From: Candidatus Hodarchaeota archaeon | Lineage (GTDB): Archaea; Asgardarchaeota; Lokiarchaeia; Sigyniarchaeales; SOKP01 | Direction of reading: 5' to 3' | Length of the DNA: 64,000 nt | Assembly (NCBI GenBank): GCA_048886685.1 | Contig: JBHLKM010000012.1 | Location: 102,702-166,701 of the forward strand | Shown here: in pieces, positions 9,185-19,861 of the stretch | Numbering within the stretch: the first letter of the stretch is position 1 | Layout: every line of letters starts with the position of its first letter | The notes under the pieces: generated by a model | The model's input: only the letters and a program-made list of their open reading frames with translations | What the model was told of the DNA's origin: nothing | The model's database searches: none | Position numbers and translations under genes: made by a program

Positions 9185-11068
9185 ATGAATGACCAAAAAA
9201 TAGAAACGGATTCTGATAAAACACTGCAAAGCGACGAAAAAACGCAACCATATATTATATCCAAAGAAGAATATGATCTCAAAATAAAACCATCTTGGGA
9301 AAAGAAAACGCCATTGATTTTACAAGGCGCAGCAACGATGGGTCAATATACACCTGAAACTAAATATTCTATAGGACTTAGAATAGAAGAACATGCAGCA
9401 GAATACCCAGATAAATTAGCTCTATTATATGAAGATGAAAGATATACTCATAAAGAATTTAATGAATGGATTAACCGGTATGCTAATTATTTTCTTAAAT
9501 TTGGTCTCAAGAAAGGGGATATAGCTGTTGTGTTCGTTGAAAATCGGTCCGAGTATATGTTTATAATCGCTGCCATGGGCAAATTAGGGGTCATATCTTC
9601 ATTAATTAATACAAATCTGCGTAAAAAACCACTTATTCATAGTATAACACATACTCCCGGAAAAATATATATAATTGGAGAAGAACTTTTCCATGCATTT
9701 GAAGATATTAAATCTAAAATAGAACTATCTAATGAACAAAAAGAGGGACTCTTTTTTTTACCGGATAGAGGAGAACTAAAGCCACCTGAGGGATATATCA
9801 ATCTTAAAGAACAAATTATGGATTCTGAAATTACTAATCCACCTACAACTTCAGAAATTATAATGAAAGACCCATTTGTCTATATTTTTACCTCGGGAAC
9901 CACTGGACTTCCGAAGGCGGCGATTCTGCAAAATCGCTCAATTTTGACTGCGATGAGATGGTGGGGAGCTATGGTAGTGGGAATGGAAACTGATGATGTA
10001 ATATACATCACAACCCCGTTATTCCATAGTCATGGAATTAAAGTAGCTTTTGCTGCTGCACTTTATAATGGATCAGCAATGGCAATCGCTAGAAAATTTA
10101 GTGCTGGTAAATTTTGGGATGAAGTTAGGAAATTCAATGCTAATTGTTTTAATTATGTAGGAGAAATATGCAGATATCTATATAATCAACCTCCAAAACC
10201 AGACGATGCATATAATCCCGTTGTTAAGATAGTAGGGAATGGACTTAGACCTGATATCTGGTTAGATTTCAAGAAAAGATTTGATATCAAAGAAATTAGA
10301 GAATTTTACGGAGCTACTGAGGATTTTGTTCCTAATTTTGCAAATATACATAATCTTGATAACACTTGTGGAGTATGTTTAACACCTTATGCTATTGTTA
10401 AATATGATATTGAAGCAGATCAGCCGTTCAGAAATGAGAGAGATCGAATGAAGAAGGTAAAGAAAGGCGAAATTGGGTTGTTATTAGGCCAAATCATAGA
10501 TCCCGATAACTTTTACATGTATATAGATGAAAAAGCTACCGAAAAAAAAGTTTTTCGTGATGTCCTCAGAAAAGGTGATATGTATATTAACACAGGGGAT
10601 TTATTGAGAGATATTGGTTACGGACACGTTCAATTTGTTGACCGTTTAGGTGATACATTTAGGTGGAAAGGCGAAAATGTGTCTACCGAGGAAGTAGAAG
10701 CTGTGATCAACGGTTTTGATCTTATTGATATGTGTTGTGTTTATGGTGTTCTAATACCATATACTGAGGGTCGTGCAGGGATGATGTCAATACATAAAAG
10801 CTTTGATGAAGAGATCGATTTCAAGACTTTTTTAAGTTTTTTACAAAAATACCTACCAAATTACGCGATTCCTAAGTTTATTCGAATTATTGATGAATTC
10901 AGCTTTACTGCTACCCATAAGATTCAGAAGATAAAATTAAAAGCAGAGGGATACAACATTAATGAGATAAAGGACCCATTATTTGTTCTTTTACCAAACA
11001 GTTCTCAATATGTATCCCTCACAAATGAAATTTATCAGGAAATATTAGAAGGAAAACACCCCTTCTAG
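9185..11068 (+). CDS. Long-chain acyl-CoA synthetase (FATP/FadD6-like)
   Basis: YIFTSGTTGLPKAA, EFYGATE, DRLGDTFRWKGENVST. Confidence 0.92.
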   Translation: MNDQKIETDSDKTLQSDEKTQPYIISKEEYDLKIKPSWEKKTPLILQGAATMGQYTPETKYSIGLRIEEHAAEYPDKLALLYEDERYTHKEFNEWINRYANYFLKFGLKKGDIAVVFVENRSEYMFIIAAMGKLGVISSLINTNLRKKPLIHSITHTPGKIYIIGEELFHAFEDIKSKIELSNEQKEGLFFLPDRGELKPPEGYINLKEQIMDSEITNPPTTSEIIMKDPFVYIFTSGTTGLPKAAILQNRSILTAMRWWGAMVVGMETDDVIYITTPLFHSHGIKVAFAAALYNGSAMAIARKFSAGKFWDEVRKFNANCFNYVGEICRYLYNQPPKPDDAYNPVVKIVGNGLRPDIWLDFKKRFDIKEIREFYGATEDFVPNFANIHNLDNTCGVCLTPYAIVKYDIEADQPFRNERDRMKKVKKGEIGLLLGQIIDPDNFYMYIDEKATEKKVFRDVLRKGDMYINTGDLLRDIGYGHVQFVDRLGDTFRWKGENVSTEEVEAVINGFDLIDMCCVYGVLIPYTEGRAGMMSIHKSFDEEIDFKTFLSFLQKYLPNYAIPKFIRIIDEFSFTATHKIQKIKLKAEGYNINEIKDPLFVLLPNSSQYVSLTNEIYQEILEGKHPF

Positions 11069-11107
11069 AAAAATTCCTACTTTTATTGTATCCGTCTAAA
11101 AATCTTC

Positions 11108-12199
11108 TTATTTATACCAAAATTCAGAAGAAGATATATATTTCTTAATTTTTGAGAAGGGGCAAACAGCGATGCAATTCCCACAATCACTTGAATTTTC
11201 AATCCAAAATTCAAAACACTTTTCAGCATCAATATAGTATTTCTTTACACCTGGATTATTAGAAATATTTACGCCACTGAAACTAGGTTCTTTCTCTGTT
11301 GTTATTGCTTCAGTTTCACAAACTTCAGCACATTTAAGACAATTTGCACAAAATTTTCCGACTTTATTTATAAATTTCATATTTGGTTCATCTGAAACTA
11401 AGGGTAAATCTGTGAATACTTTGCAGATCCTCACTCGTGGTCCAAATTCAGGTGTGATTAAGAGTCCTAATCTGCCAATCGCGCCAAGTCCAGCATCAAT
11501 AGCCAACGGAATGCTTAATGCAGTGTCATTACCACATTGAATCGCTCTATATCCTAAATTCCTAATAAATTCTCCTAAACAAGATATTACAAAAGCCATC
11601 TGCGAATAAGCTAAAGCCACAGCTGCTGCTGCGGGTTGTGCTGGTGCGGTTGAAATCGCACCTTCATCCATTTCAATTGCCATGACGATTACCTTATTCA
11701 TTCCCTCTGGTAAATTGATTGGTGTCTCTAATATAGATCCTGAGGTATTACCTCCCCTTACCTTCTTTTTTGAATCTGCTTCACTCATTGAAGAGGGTCT
11801 CACAAACCCATCCTTATAAATCCACTTTTCATTAACATCTGCAATTCCGACTAAGGAGGCACCATAAAGTTTGGCTGCTTTTTTTACTTGCTCTGTAAAA
11901 TTTTTATAATCTTGAATATGATACTTTTGTTTCATCCAATTTATACCATAACCAATATCCATCAATTTTTTTCTCTCCCAAGTGAACGCATATGGAAATT
12001 TCTCATAAACAGTCCAACCTGCAGCAACAAGGGCAAAATCAATCCTAGAATAGCCCTCTTTATGGGAATTTATGTGTTTTTCTATATTTGCTTCGAACAT
12101 TTTACCATAAGTAGGTAGAGATTTATCCCATAATCTCCGATATATCATATTATTTTTCTCATGAAAACGCTGGTATACAGTTTCATCTATTTCATACAT
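11108..12199 (-). CDS. rdhA: Reductive dehalogenase catalytic subunit, no Tat signal
   Basis: AIDAGLGAIGRLGLLITPEFGPRVRICKVFTDLPL; two Fe-S motifs (CANCLKCAEVC; C...CGNCIAVCP); AKLYGASLVGI. Confidence 0.85.
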   Translation of the reverse strand: MYEIDETVYQRFHEKNNMIYRRLWDKSLPTYGKMFEANIEKHINSHKEGYSRIDFALVAAGWTVYEKFPYAFTWERKKLMDIGYGINWMKQKYHIQDYKNFTEQVKKAAKLYGASLVGIADVNEKWIYKDGFVRPSSMSEADSKKKVRGGNTSGSILETPINLPEGMNKVIVMAIEMDEGAISTAPAQPAAAAVALAYSQMAFVISCLGEFIRNLGYRAIQCGNDTALSIPLAIDAGLGAIGRLGLLITPEFGPRVRICKVFTDLPLVSDEPNMKFINKVGKFCANCLKCAEVCETEAITTEKEPSFSGVNISNNPGVKKYYIDAEKCFEFWIENSSDCGNCIAVCPFSKIKKYISSSEFWYK

Positions 12200-12374
12200 A
12201 GCTTAGAACCTAATTCCATCAGTATCGTTATAATAGTATTTCGTCAAAAAAAATAAAAGTTTATGATAATGAACAGAAATTTATTGGAAAAATTCGCAAT
12301 GAAGAGTGATATAAAACATTTGATATATTGAGTATAAGGGATATAAAAAGGAAGGTAGATTATTTACTATAATT

Positions 12375-12758
12375 ATGGTGGAAGCTAGATTTATAAATCA
12401 GATAGGTTTTGGCGTGGATCAACACGGACATAATAATGATTGCACTAATGCCGCAATTAAGGCAATTAAGAATGCAATTTCAAATAATTGTTTATGTGGT
12501 CTTTCAGAAATATGTAATTTCAGAGAACCAAAAGACATTAACCGGATGATGGTTCATGTGAAGATTGGAGCCCCATATCCAGATAATATTGATGAAGAGA
12601 AAGTTTTAGATGCTATTCCTTTTGGGGAAAAGTCTATTGATGTTGTTAAAGGAGGATTAATTACAGAAGGAATAATGATCAAGGAATTAGGTGACACTTC
12701 AGATGAGATTATAGTATGTAATGCAGCTGTTACAGTTTTAATTAAGACTCTAGATTAA
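12375..12758 (+). CDS. Lin0512-family protein
   Basis: GFGVDQHG...TNAAIKAIKNAI, IPFG, GGL motifs. Confidence 0.8.
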   Translation: MVEARFINQIGFGVDQHGHNNDCTNAAIKAIKNAISNNCLCGLSEICNFREPKDINRMMVHVKIGAPYPDNIDEEKVLDAIPFGEKSIDVVKGGLITEGIMIKELGDTSDEIIVCNAAVTVLIKTLD

Positions 12759-12810
12759 GTTCATATACCGTTAAAGATTTTTTAATGAAAAAAATAGAAA
12801 ATTATTCTTA

Positions 12811-14067
12811 TTAAATTGCTTTTTTTACAATCTCAGAGAGATCTAAAGCTTGAATTTCATCGTCATTAATGTTATTTTTAAACTGATTTAGACAGAACGG
12901 GCAACATGAAACAATCATTTCGGCAGATGTCTCTTTTGCTTCTTCTATACGTTCATTTGCAGCAAAAGCAGATAAGTCTTTGAATGCTGATCTAACACCA
13001 CCTCCCGAACCGCAGCACCAAGCATTATGTCTATTTCGGGGCATTTCTAATAATTCAAGGCCAGGAATATTTTGCAGTACCGCTCTTGGTGCTTCATAAA
13101 TACCCATGTGACGACCGATATGGCATGGATCGTGATAAGTGATTTTCATGTTAATTTCTTTGGTAAAGTTCAACTCCCCATCACTTAATTTACCCAATAA
13201 AAACTCAGGTAGATGTTTAACTTCAATTCCATGTTCAAGGCCAAATTTATTTGGATAAGTATCTTTCCAGGTTCTATAACATCCAGCGCAAGATGTTATA
13301 ATCTTTTCTATTCCAGTATCTTTAAAATTTTTTACATTTGTTTCCGCTAAGGTTTTTGCTTTTTCCAATTGACCAGTCATAAAAACAGGGGATCCACAAC
13401 AGCTTTCATTGGTAAGAATTCTGAAATCAACTTGTAAGGAATTGAGTATTTCCGCAGTGGCGGTTGCAACATCCTGTTCTCTATAACTAGATGTACAACC
13501 AACAAAATATGCTAATTTGGCGTCGGGTGTTTGTTTAATATGCGATGGCAACCAGTTTAATCTATCTGCATGTTTTTCCAAATATGGATTTTTTTCTTCC
13601 ATAATATGCTCTGTATAAACTTTTTGTTCAGGCATTGGACCATAACCTTGGTTAACAGCTTCTTCTCTCATAGCCATTAACCATTCTCCAGCGTAATTAT
13701 GAAGTTCTGGTATTTGACATTGCTGTACGCATGCCATACAAACAGAACATTGATAAAATATATTAGCTAGATTTTCCGTCCATTTGAGCTTGCCTGATGT
13801 CACTGCCCAAGTTAACAGGTTTTTACCTCCAAGATAATATGATTCAAACTTTCTAAATTCTCCTGATGGACACACTGTTGCCCAATCAGCATCCTGATAT
13901 ACAGTTCTACAAGTACCACATTTCCCGCATTGGTATATAATGTCCTTATAATGATCTATGCTCTGGTGTCTATCAATCTTATGAATCTCTTGTCTAGTAT
14001 CAATTTGTATAACACCCATTCCTTTAACATATTTAACTTTTTTTGCCGTATTAATCACCCCAACCAT
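12811..14067 (-). CDS. Fe-S oxidoreductase with two CCG domains (GlcF/HdrD-like), copy 1
   Basis: CGKCGTC, CSVCMACVQQC, ESCCG, YHDPCH, WCCGSGGG, CCPFC; start uncertain (ACG at 14049 is the position of the paralog's ATG). Confidence 0.88.
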   Translation of the reverse strand: MVGVINTAKKVKYVKGMGVIQIDTRQEIHKIDRHQSIDHYKDIIYQCGKCGTCRTVYQDADWATVCPSGEFRKFESYYLGGKNLLTWAVTSGKLKWTENLANIFYQCSVCMACVQQCQIPELHNYAGEWLMAMREEAVNQGYGPMPEQKVYTEHIMEEKNPYLEKHADRLNWLPSHIKQTPDAKLAYFVGCTSSYREQDVATATAEILNSLQVDFRILTNESCCGSPVFMTGQLEKAKTLAETNVKNFKDTGIEKIITSCAGCYRTWKDTYPNKFGLEHGIEVKHLPEFLLGKLSDGELNFTKEINMKITYHDPCHIGRHMGIYEAPRAVLQNIPGLELLEMPRNRHNAWCCGSGGGVRSAFKDLSAFAANERIEEAKETSAEMIVSCCPFCLNQFKNNINDDEIQALDLSEIVKKAI

Positions 14068-15472
14068 GTCCAGGGTTCATTATCTTATTAGGATCTAAGA
14101 GATTCTTGACTTTTTTTATTAATTCTTTTGTAGCAGGGAGAGTCTTCTCTTCGTAAATTTTATGAGCCCATTCTGGGGCTTTATACATTACAACCCCGTC
14201 TAAAGAAGAGACCTCTTCATGAATTTCTTTCAGAATTTCTCGAGCTGATTCAATTTCGTTAGTATTATATTTATTAAAATTAATATTAGTACGAGCAACG
14301 CAATAATGACCTCCAAATAAAAGTCTAGAATAAAACTGAGGTGTATGACCGTGTTTGAGAGAAATTTCTCTTGCTAATTCGTAATATTTTACAATGTCTC
14401 GAGTTGAACAATAACTCCCAATCCATTGACCACCACCCCCTCTAGAGAAATTCCAAGCACCCCAAGCTTGCATAGGCAGTACTAGGTTATAGGCATCCGC
14501 TCCCCCTGGCAGTTCCATGATGCCCGCTTCTTTATATATTTGTTCAATTGCTTCACACTGGGCCTCATGTTGTTTCTCAGTATAAGCCTGTGTAGTGACC
14601 GCTCCGATGAAATCTGGCAAATTAGCTTTTAATGGATCTAACGGTACCTTTTTTTCATAAGCACCCACACCGGCTTGAACCCAACCATAATTAAATACAA
14701 ATATATCACATATTCCTAATCCTGCTTTTGAGAGCTTTAACAATACTGGGATTCCTATATCAAATGTCTTTCCCATAAGGGTAAAAGTTTTTCGAAAAGG
14801 TAATTTAGGCCATAATTTGATAGCAGCTTTCGTTACAATTCCAGTGGATCCCTCCCATCCAATGAATAATCCTGCTAAATCAGGTAATGGTTGTCTACCA
14901 TACCAACAATCAGATAAACTACACGATCCTACCCTTACTAATTCACCTGAACCTAAGACTACTTCTAATCCATTTATAAACTCCGCACCCGTGCCACCAA
15001 GCATTCCTAAGTTAAACATACCATAACACAAACAAGATGCTACAACACCCGTTCCTGGAGGTGAAAAAGTGATACCTGCCATAAGATTGGGATGATTCTT
15101 TTCGATATATCTTTGTAAATCTGCCCATGTTGTACCTCCTTCTATTAATGCATACATATCATCTTCATTTACTTCAATTACTCGATTTAAACGTCTTAAA
15201 TCAATAACAATCCCTCCTTTTAGAGGTGTAGCAGTCGATCCAAAATTTATACCAGATACCCAAGGGATAACAGGAATTTTATATTTGTTTGCTAATTTTA
15301 CAATTTCTTGTACCTCTTCTGCCGTATTTGGCATAATTACGATATCACATTTGCCCTCAGGTTCAGCAGTAACAAAATCATAATGATATAGAAATAATTC
15401 TTCTGGTTTATCTGATACAAAGTGCTGTCCTACAATATTTTCTAATTCAGAAATAACTTCATTATTATTCAT
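14051..15472 (-). CDS. FAD-linked oxidoreductase, VAO/PCMH/GlcD family, copy 1
   Basis: FAD_binding_4-type motifs, GLFIGWEGSTGIVTK, C-terminal LDPNKIMNPG; start moved to ATG 15472 to match the paralog, with an upstream GGGTGA. Confidence 0.88.
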   Translation of the reverse strand: MNNNEVISELENIVGQHFVSDKPEELFLYHYDFVTAEPEGKCDIVIMPNTAEEVQEIVKLANKYKIPVIPWVSGINFGSTATPLKGGIVIDLRRLNRVIEVNEDDMYALIEGGTTWADLQRYIEKNHPNLMAGITFSPPGTGVVASCLCYGMFNLGMLGGTGAEFINGLEVVLGSGELVRVGSCSLSDCWYGRQPLPDLAGLFIGWEGSTGIVTKAAIKLWPKLPFRKTFTLMGKTFDIGIPVLLKLSKAGLGICDIFVFNYGWVQAGVGAYEKKVPLDPLKANLPDFIGAVTTQAYTEKQHEAQCEAIEQIYKEAGIMELPGGADAYNLVLPMQAWGAWNFSRGGGGQWIGSYCSTRDIVKYYELAREISLKHGHTPQFYSRLLFGGHYCVARTNINFNKYNTNEIESAREILKEIHEEVSSLDGVVMYKAPEWAHKIYEEKTLPATKELIKKVKNLLDPNKIMNPGHGWGD

Positions 15473-15873
15473 TTTATATTCACCCTTAATTATAAGTATA
15501 AGTGAGTCCCTTATATAAAAATTATCAATCCAAAAACCATTTGAAGTTTTAAAAGGAGATGTAAGTACGGGAGAAAAAAAGATTAATGATTTAGGTTTCA
15601 AGCCAAGTTAAATTCTTATATTTATTGTGGTTGTTAAAAATTCAGATGAAATTTAGCTTTTCTTATTGCATACCTAATATCCAATTGTAATAACTACATT
15701 TGTATAAAAACAATATAAATTTAAATTTAAAGGAGAATAATAAAAAATGATTTTTATATGGTGTGGGTAAGGATTTTTAACTAATATTGCTTTTATTTTA
15801 ACAGCTAGAAGTAAAATATCAGGTAGTATCATCCCAAAAATCCCCAAACTTTTACATTAATTAGAGAAATAAT

Positions 15874-17199
15874 GTGAGAAAATTGGATACTGAAACATAT
15901 CTAAAATATAAAAAACTAAGTAGAGGAAATTGGGGAAAAGACCTCTCTATGTTGAAAATGATGTATGTAGGATTATTAAATCAAATGAAAGATGAGGTAC
16001 TAACCCCAATTAACGAAATGTTATTAAATTATTTCCTTGCTATCCCTAAAGCAAGAAAGGAAGGAAAAACATTCATTATGCACCCATTTAATTACGGACC
16101 AGAAATATTTTATTCAATGAATTTAGTACCTCTAATGCAAGAAACTTATAGTGTTGGATTGGCACCTTTACATCTTAATGAACCCTATATTGATCTCGCT
16201 AACAAAATAGGCTACGGAGATAACCCAACGTTATGTAATGCTCAAAGACCATTAATTGGTTCTTATATGCAAGGAGTAGCTCCAATTCCTGATCTATTGT
16301 TCTTTCTATCAACTCCGTGTAATTCCCTTGCCATGACTTATCAAGTTTTTGAACAGTTAGCGAACATCCCTACGTTTAAAATTGATATTCCGTATTGGAC
16401 TTATGGGAAAGTTGGAGAATTTAATGATGATAAAGTTATTGATTATACTATTAATCAAACTAAAGATTTAATATTGTGGTTAGAACAAAAAACAAAGCAG
16501 AAATTAAATTTAAAGAACTTGCAGGAAACAATGATTAAAGTAAATCAGGCTAGGCAATATATTTTAGAATTTAACGAACTCTTAAAAGCTGTTCCTTGTC
16601 CAGTTAATAGTCAAGCTAGTACAGGGAACTTTCTTTCAATGGTAGGTTGTGGCGGAACGGATGAGGCTGTTAAATCTACTAAATGGTTAAGAGACAATGC
16701 AGCAGAAAATGTTAAAAATGGTGTTGGAGGCATACCTGATGAGAAAATAAGGATTGCTTGGCCTTATACTCATATTTTTTTTGATGGAAATTTATTAACG
16801 TGGTTAGAAAAAACATTCCAAGCAGTGGTCATTATGGATATACTAGGATTTTATCAAGTCTTACCTCATGATGTCTCAACAATTGAAAAATGTTATGAGA
16901 GTTTAGCAAAAGGAACTTTGGATTTTTCGATGATCGGAACATGTAGAGGTCCGATCGAGTACTATATTGATTTTTTAATAAATTATGTTAAGGATTATAA
17001 AATAGATTGCGTGATAATGCCAATGCAGTTTGCCTGTAAGCATGCTTATTCAATGGCGAGAGTTAGCATAGAAGCAGTGCGAGAAGAAACCGAAGTTCCA
17101 ATTTATGTCTTCGGTTGCGATCCTTACGATTCACGTGAAGTAACCTCAGAATCTATAAGGGGAGGTATTTCAAATTTTATAACTCAAGTTGTAATTTAA
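15874..17199 (+). CDS. 2-hydroxyacyl-CoA dehydratase / benzoyl-CoA reductase BzdO(BcrB)-like subunit, paralog 1
   Basis: HGD-D family features: LCNAQ, STPCNS, YKIDCVI, FACK, GCDPYDSR; GTG start. Confidence 0.82.
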   Translation: MRKLDTETYLKYKKLSRGNWGKDLSMLKMMYVGLLNQMKDEVLTPINEMLLNYFLAIPKARKEGKTFIMHPFNYGPEIFYSMNLVPLMQETYSVGLAPLHLNEPYIDLANKIGYGDNPTLCNAQRPLIGSYMQGVAPIPDLLFFLSTPCNSLAMTYQVFEQLANIPTFKIDIPYWTYGKVGEFNDDKVIDYTINQTKDLILWLEQKTKQKLNLKNLQETMIKVNQARQYILEFNELLKAVPCPVNSQASTGNFLSMVGCGGTDEAVKSTKWLRDNAAENVKNGVGGIPDEKIRIAWPYTHIFFDGNLLTWLEKTFQAVVIMDILGFYQVLPHDVSTIEKCYESLAKGTLDFSMIGTCRGPIEYYIDFLINYVKDYKIDCVIMPMQFACKHAYSMARVSIEAVREETEVPIYVFGCDPYDSREVTSESIRGGISNFITQVVI

Positions 17200-17401
17200 A
17201 GAAAGTTAATTCGTATTGTTCGTTCTTTAACTTTTCAATACCATATATATAAAGCAATTGAAAAAGAAAGCGTATCCTTATACCGACTAATTTTCAAAAA
17301 AAAAACATTACTTTTTTAAATTTAAGCAGCATAATTAATAATTAAAAATTAATGTAAAATCCAAGTATTATCTTAACATTAATTAAATTTGCGATTAGAT
17401 C

Positions 17402-18523
17402 ATGACTGTAATGGAAAAATTTACCCAAACGATTCCACTCGTGAATCCTTGGATTAATGATTGGAAAGATGAGGGTAAAAAGGTTTTAGGATATTTTTGC
17501 TCATATATACCTGAAGAAATTATCTATGCAGCTGATATTTTGCCAATCAGAGTGAAGGCAAGAGACTGTACTGATACACCAATGGGGGATGCATATATGA
17601 CTCCAACTGCATGTAGTTTCACAAGATGCTGTCTTGAATTAGCAAATAGGAATGAATACAATTTCCTAGATGGAATTGTTTCTTGTAATTGCTGTGATCA
17701 GATTAGACGTCTTTATGATAACATAAGATATAAAGCTCCACTCCCGTTTCATTATATCATGGGAATTCCTGGTTATGTAAGTAATACCACATTAGAATGG
17801 TTTAAACATGAAATAGTTAGGTTTAAAGAAAGCTTAGAAAAGCATTTTGACATAGTAATTTCTGATGAAAAACTAAGGAAAGCTATCGAAATCTATAATA
17901 AATCTAGGACACTTCTTAAAGAGTTGTACATGCTCAGAAAGCAAGATAAACCACCTATTTCTGGCACCGAAATGAATACTATTATTTCAGGAGGAGTTTC
18001 GATTCCAAGGGAACAATTTAATGAACTTTTAACCCAAAAACTTAAAGAAAGCGAAGGAAAGGAGGGTATTTCTGACTATAAAGCACGAATAATGGTAATT
18101 GGAAGCATGCTTGATGAGCCAGAATATATGAAAACAATCGAAGATCTAGGAGGATTAGTTGTAACAGATTCTCTATGTCTCGGGACTAGATATTTTTGGG
18201 ATTTAGTTGATGAGACAAAAGACCCAATTGATGGACTTACAGAACGTTATTTATCAAAAATCTCATGTCCACGTATGACTGACGGACAACCTAAGAGAGA
18301 AGAATTTATGATGGATCTCATTAAACAATTCAATGTGGATGGAGTCATCTTTCAAAGAATAAAGTTTTGTGCAATCTGGTGGTCAGAGATATTTATGCTA
18401 CGTAATAAATTAGAGAAAGAAAGTATCCCCTTTCTCGAATTGGAAAGAGAATATGTGTTGAGCGGTGCTGGAGCCATGAAGACTAGAGTTCAAACATTTA
18501 TGGAAATATTAGAAGGAAGGTGA
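17402..18523 (+). CDS. BzdN/BcrC/HgdB-like Fe-S subunit
   Basis: KVLGYFCSYIPEEIIYAADILP, CCD, DSLCLGTRYFW, SCPR, KFC, TRVQTFME. Confidence 0.85.
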   Translation: MTVMEKFTQTIPLVNPWINDWKDEGKKVLGYFCSYIPEEIIYAADILPIRVKARDCTDTPMGDAYMTPTACSFTRCCLELANRNEYNFLDGIVSCNCCDQIRRLYDNIRYKAPLPFHYIMGIPGYVSNTTLEWFKHEIVRFKESLEKHFDIVISDEKLRKAIEIYNKSRTLLKELYMLRKQDKPPISGTEMNTIISGGVSIPREQFNELLTQKLKESEGKEGISDYKARIMVIGSMLDEPEYMKTIEDLGGLVVTDSLCLGTRYFWDLVDETKDPIDGLTERYLSKISCPRMTDGQPKREEFMMDLIKQFNVDGVIFQRIKFCAIWWSEIFMLRNKLEKESIPFLELEREYVLSGAGAMKTRVQTFMEILEGR

Positions 18524-19845
18524 GGAAAATGGATGAAGAAACATTTAACAAATATAAAAAACTTGGAAGAGGTAGTTGGGGAAAAGATTTAGGTCTTTGG
18601 AAAACAATGTATACCGGTTTTGTTAATCAAAATAAAAATTTAGAACTTACCCCAATTACAGAATTATTATTTGATGTATTTCTAAGTATTCCTAGAGCAC
18701 GAAAGGAAGGAAATCCAATTATTATGCATCCTTTCAATTGCGAACCTCCGATATTTCATGCAATGAATATAGCCCCTTTAATGCAAGAAATGTTTAGTGT
18801 AGGATTAGCTCCCTCCCATCTAAACGAATTTTATATTGATCTAACTAGTAAAATGGGATATGGAGATAATCCAACTCTTTGTAATGCCCAGAGACCAATA
18901 ATAGGATCTTATATGCAAGGAGCCGCACCTATACCTGATCTCCTTTTTTACGTATCTACACCGTGTAACTCTCTTGCGATGAATTATCAAGTCTTCCAAA
19001 AGTTAACAGGAGTCCCATCATTCAATATGGATATCCCATATTGGGCTTATGAACAATCCGATGAGTTTTATGATGAAAAAACGTTAGATTATATGATTTC
19101 TCAAATGAAAGATCTTATAAATTGGTTGGAAAAAGAGACTAAACAAAAACTTAATCTTGAAAAACTTCAACAGGCTATGATTTGGATTAATGAAGCAAGA
19201 AAAAACGTGTTAGAATTTAATGAACTACTAAAAACGGTTCCCTGTCCTGTACCAAGTATCTCTGGTTTTGGAAATTTTTTTGCAATGATAACTCGCGGTG
19301 GTACTCAAGATGCTGTAAAAGCCACTAAATGGCTTCGTGATACAGCAGCAGAAAATGTCAAAAAGGGGATTGCAGGAGTCCCTGGCGAGAAACTAAGAAT
19401 TGCTTGGCCCTATACCCACGTATTTTTCGATCAAGAGCTCTTACCATGGATAGAAAAGACTTTTCAATCCGTAGTAATCATGGACTTGCTAGGATATTAT
19501 CCAGTTTTGCCTCATGATGTCTCAACAATAGAAAAATGTTATGAAAGCCTCGCGACAGGAACTTTAGATTTCTCCATGATTGGTTCTTGTAGAGGTCCCG
19601 CAGAATATTATGTAGATTTTGTCTTAAATTATGTAAAAGAATATAAAATAGATTGCGTTATAATCCCTATGCAGTTTGCTTGTAAACATGCATATCTTAT
19701 AACTAGGATAGCTGCTGAAGCAGTGCGTGAACAACTAGGAATTCCTACATTGATTTTTGGGTGTGACCCATATGATTCAAGAGAGGTTACCTCTGAAACA
19801 ATAAGAAGTAGGATTTCAGATTTTTTAACTCAAGTCGTTTTGTAA
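18520..19845 (+). CDS. 2-hydroxyacyl-CoA dehydratase / BzdO-like subunit, paralog 2
   Basis: Same length (441 aa) as and collinear with 15874..17199; GTGA overlap with the upstream gene. Confidence 0.82.
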   Translation: MRKMDEETFNKYKKLGRGSWGKDLGLWKTMYTGFVNQNKNLELTPITELLFDVFLSIPRARKEGNPIIMHPFNCEPPIFHAMNIAPLMQEMFSVGLAPSHLNEFYIDLTSKMGYGDNPTLCNAQRPIIGSYMQGAAPIPDLLFYVSTPCNSLAMNYQVFQKLTGVPSFNMDIPYWAYEQSDEFYDEKTLDYMISQMKDLINWLEKETKQKLNLEKLQQAMIWINEARKNVLEFNELLKTVPCPVPSISGFGNFFAMITRGGTQDAVKATKWLRDTAAENVKKGIAGVPGEKLRIAWPYTHVFFDQELLPWIEKTFQSVVIMDLLGYYPVLPHDVSTIEKCYESLATGTLDFSMIGSCRGPAEYYVDFVLNYVKEYKIDCVIIPMQFACKHAYLITRIAAEAVREQLGIPTLIFGCDPYDSREVTSETIRSRISDFLTQVVL

Positions 19846-19861
19846 AGGGGATATATATAAT

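Noticed and set aside
15473-15601. N-terminal extensions in the ORF track (also 27050-27121 and 61596-61694)
   Set aside because: They are absent from paralogs or family members, and better starts lie downstream, two of them with RBS-like motifs.
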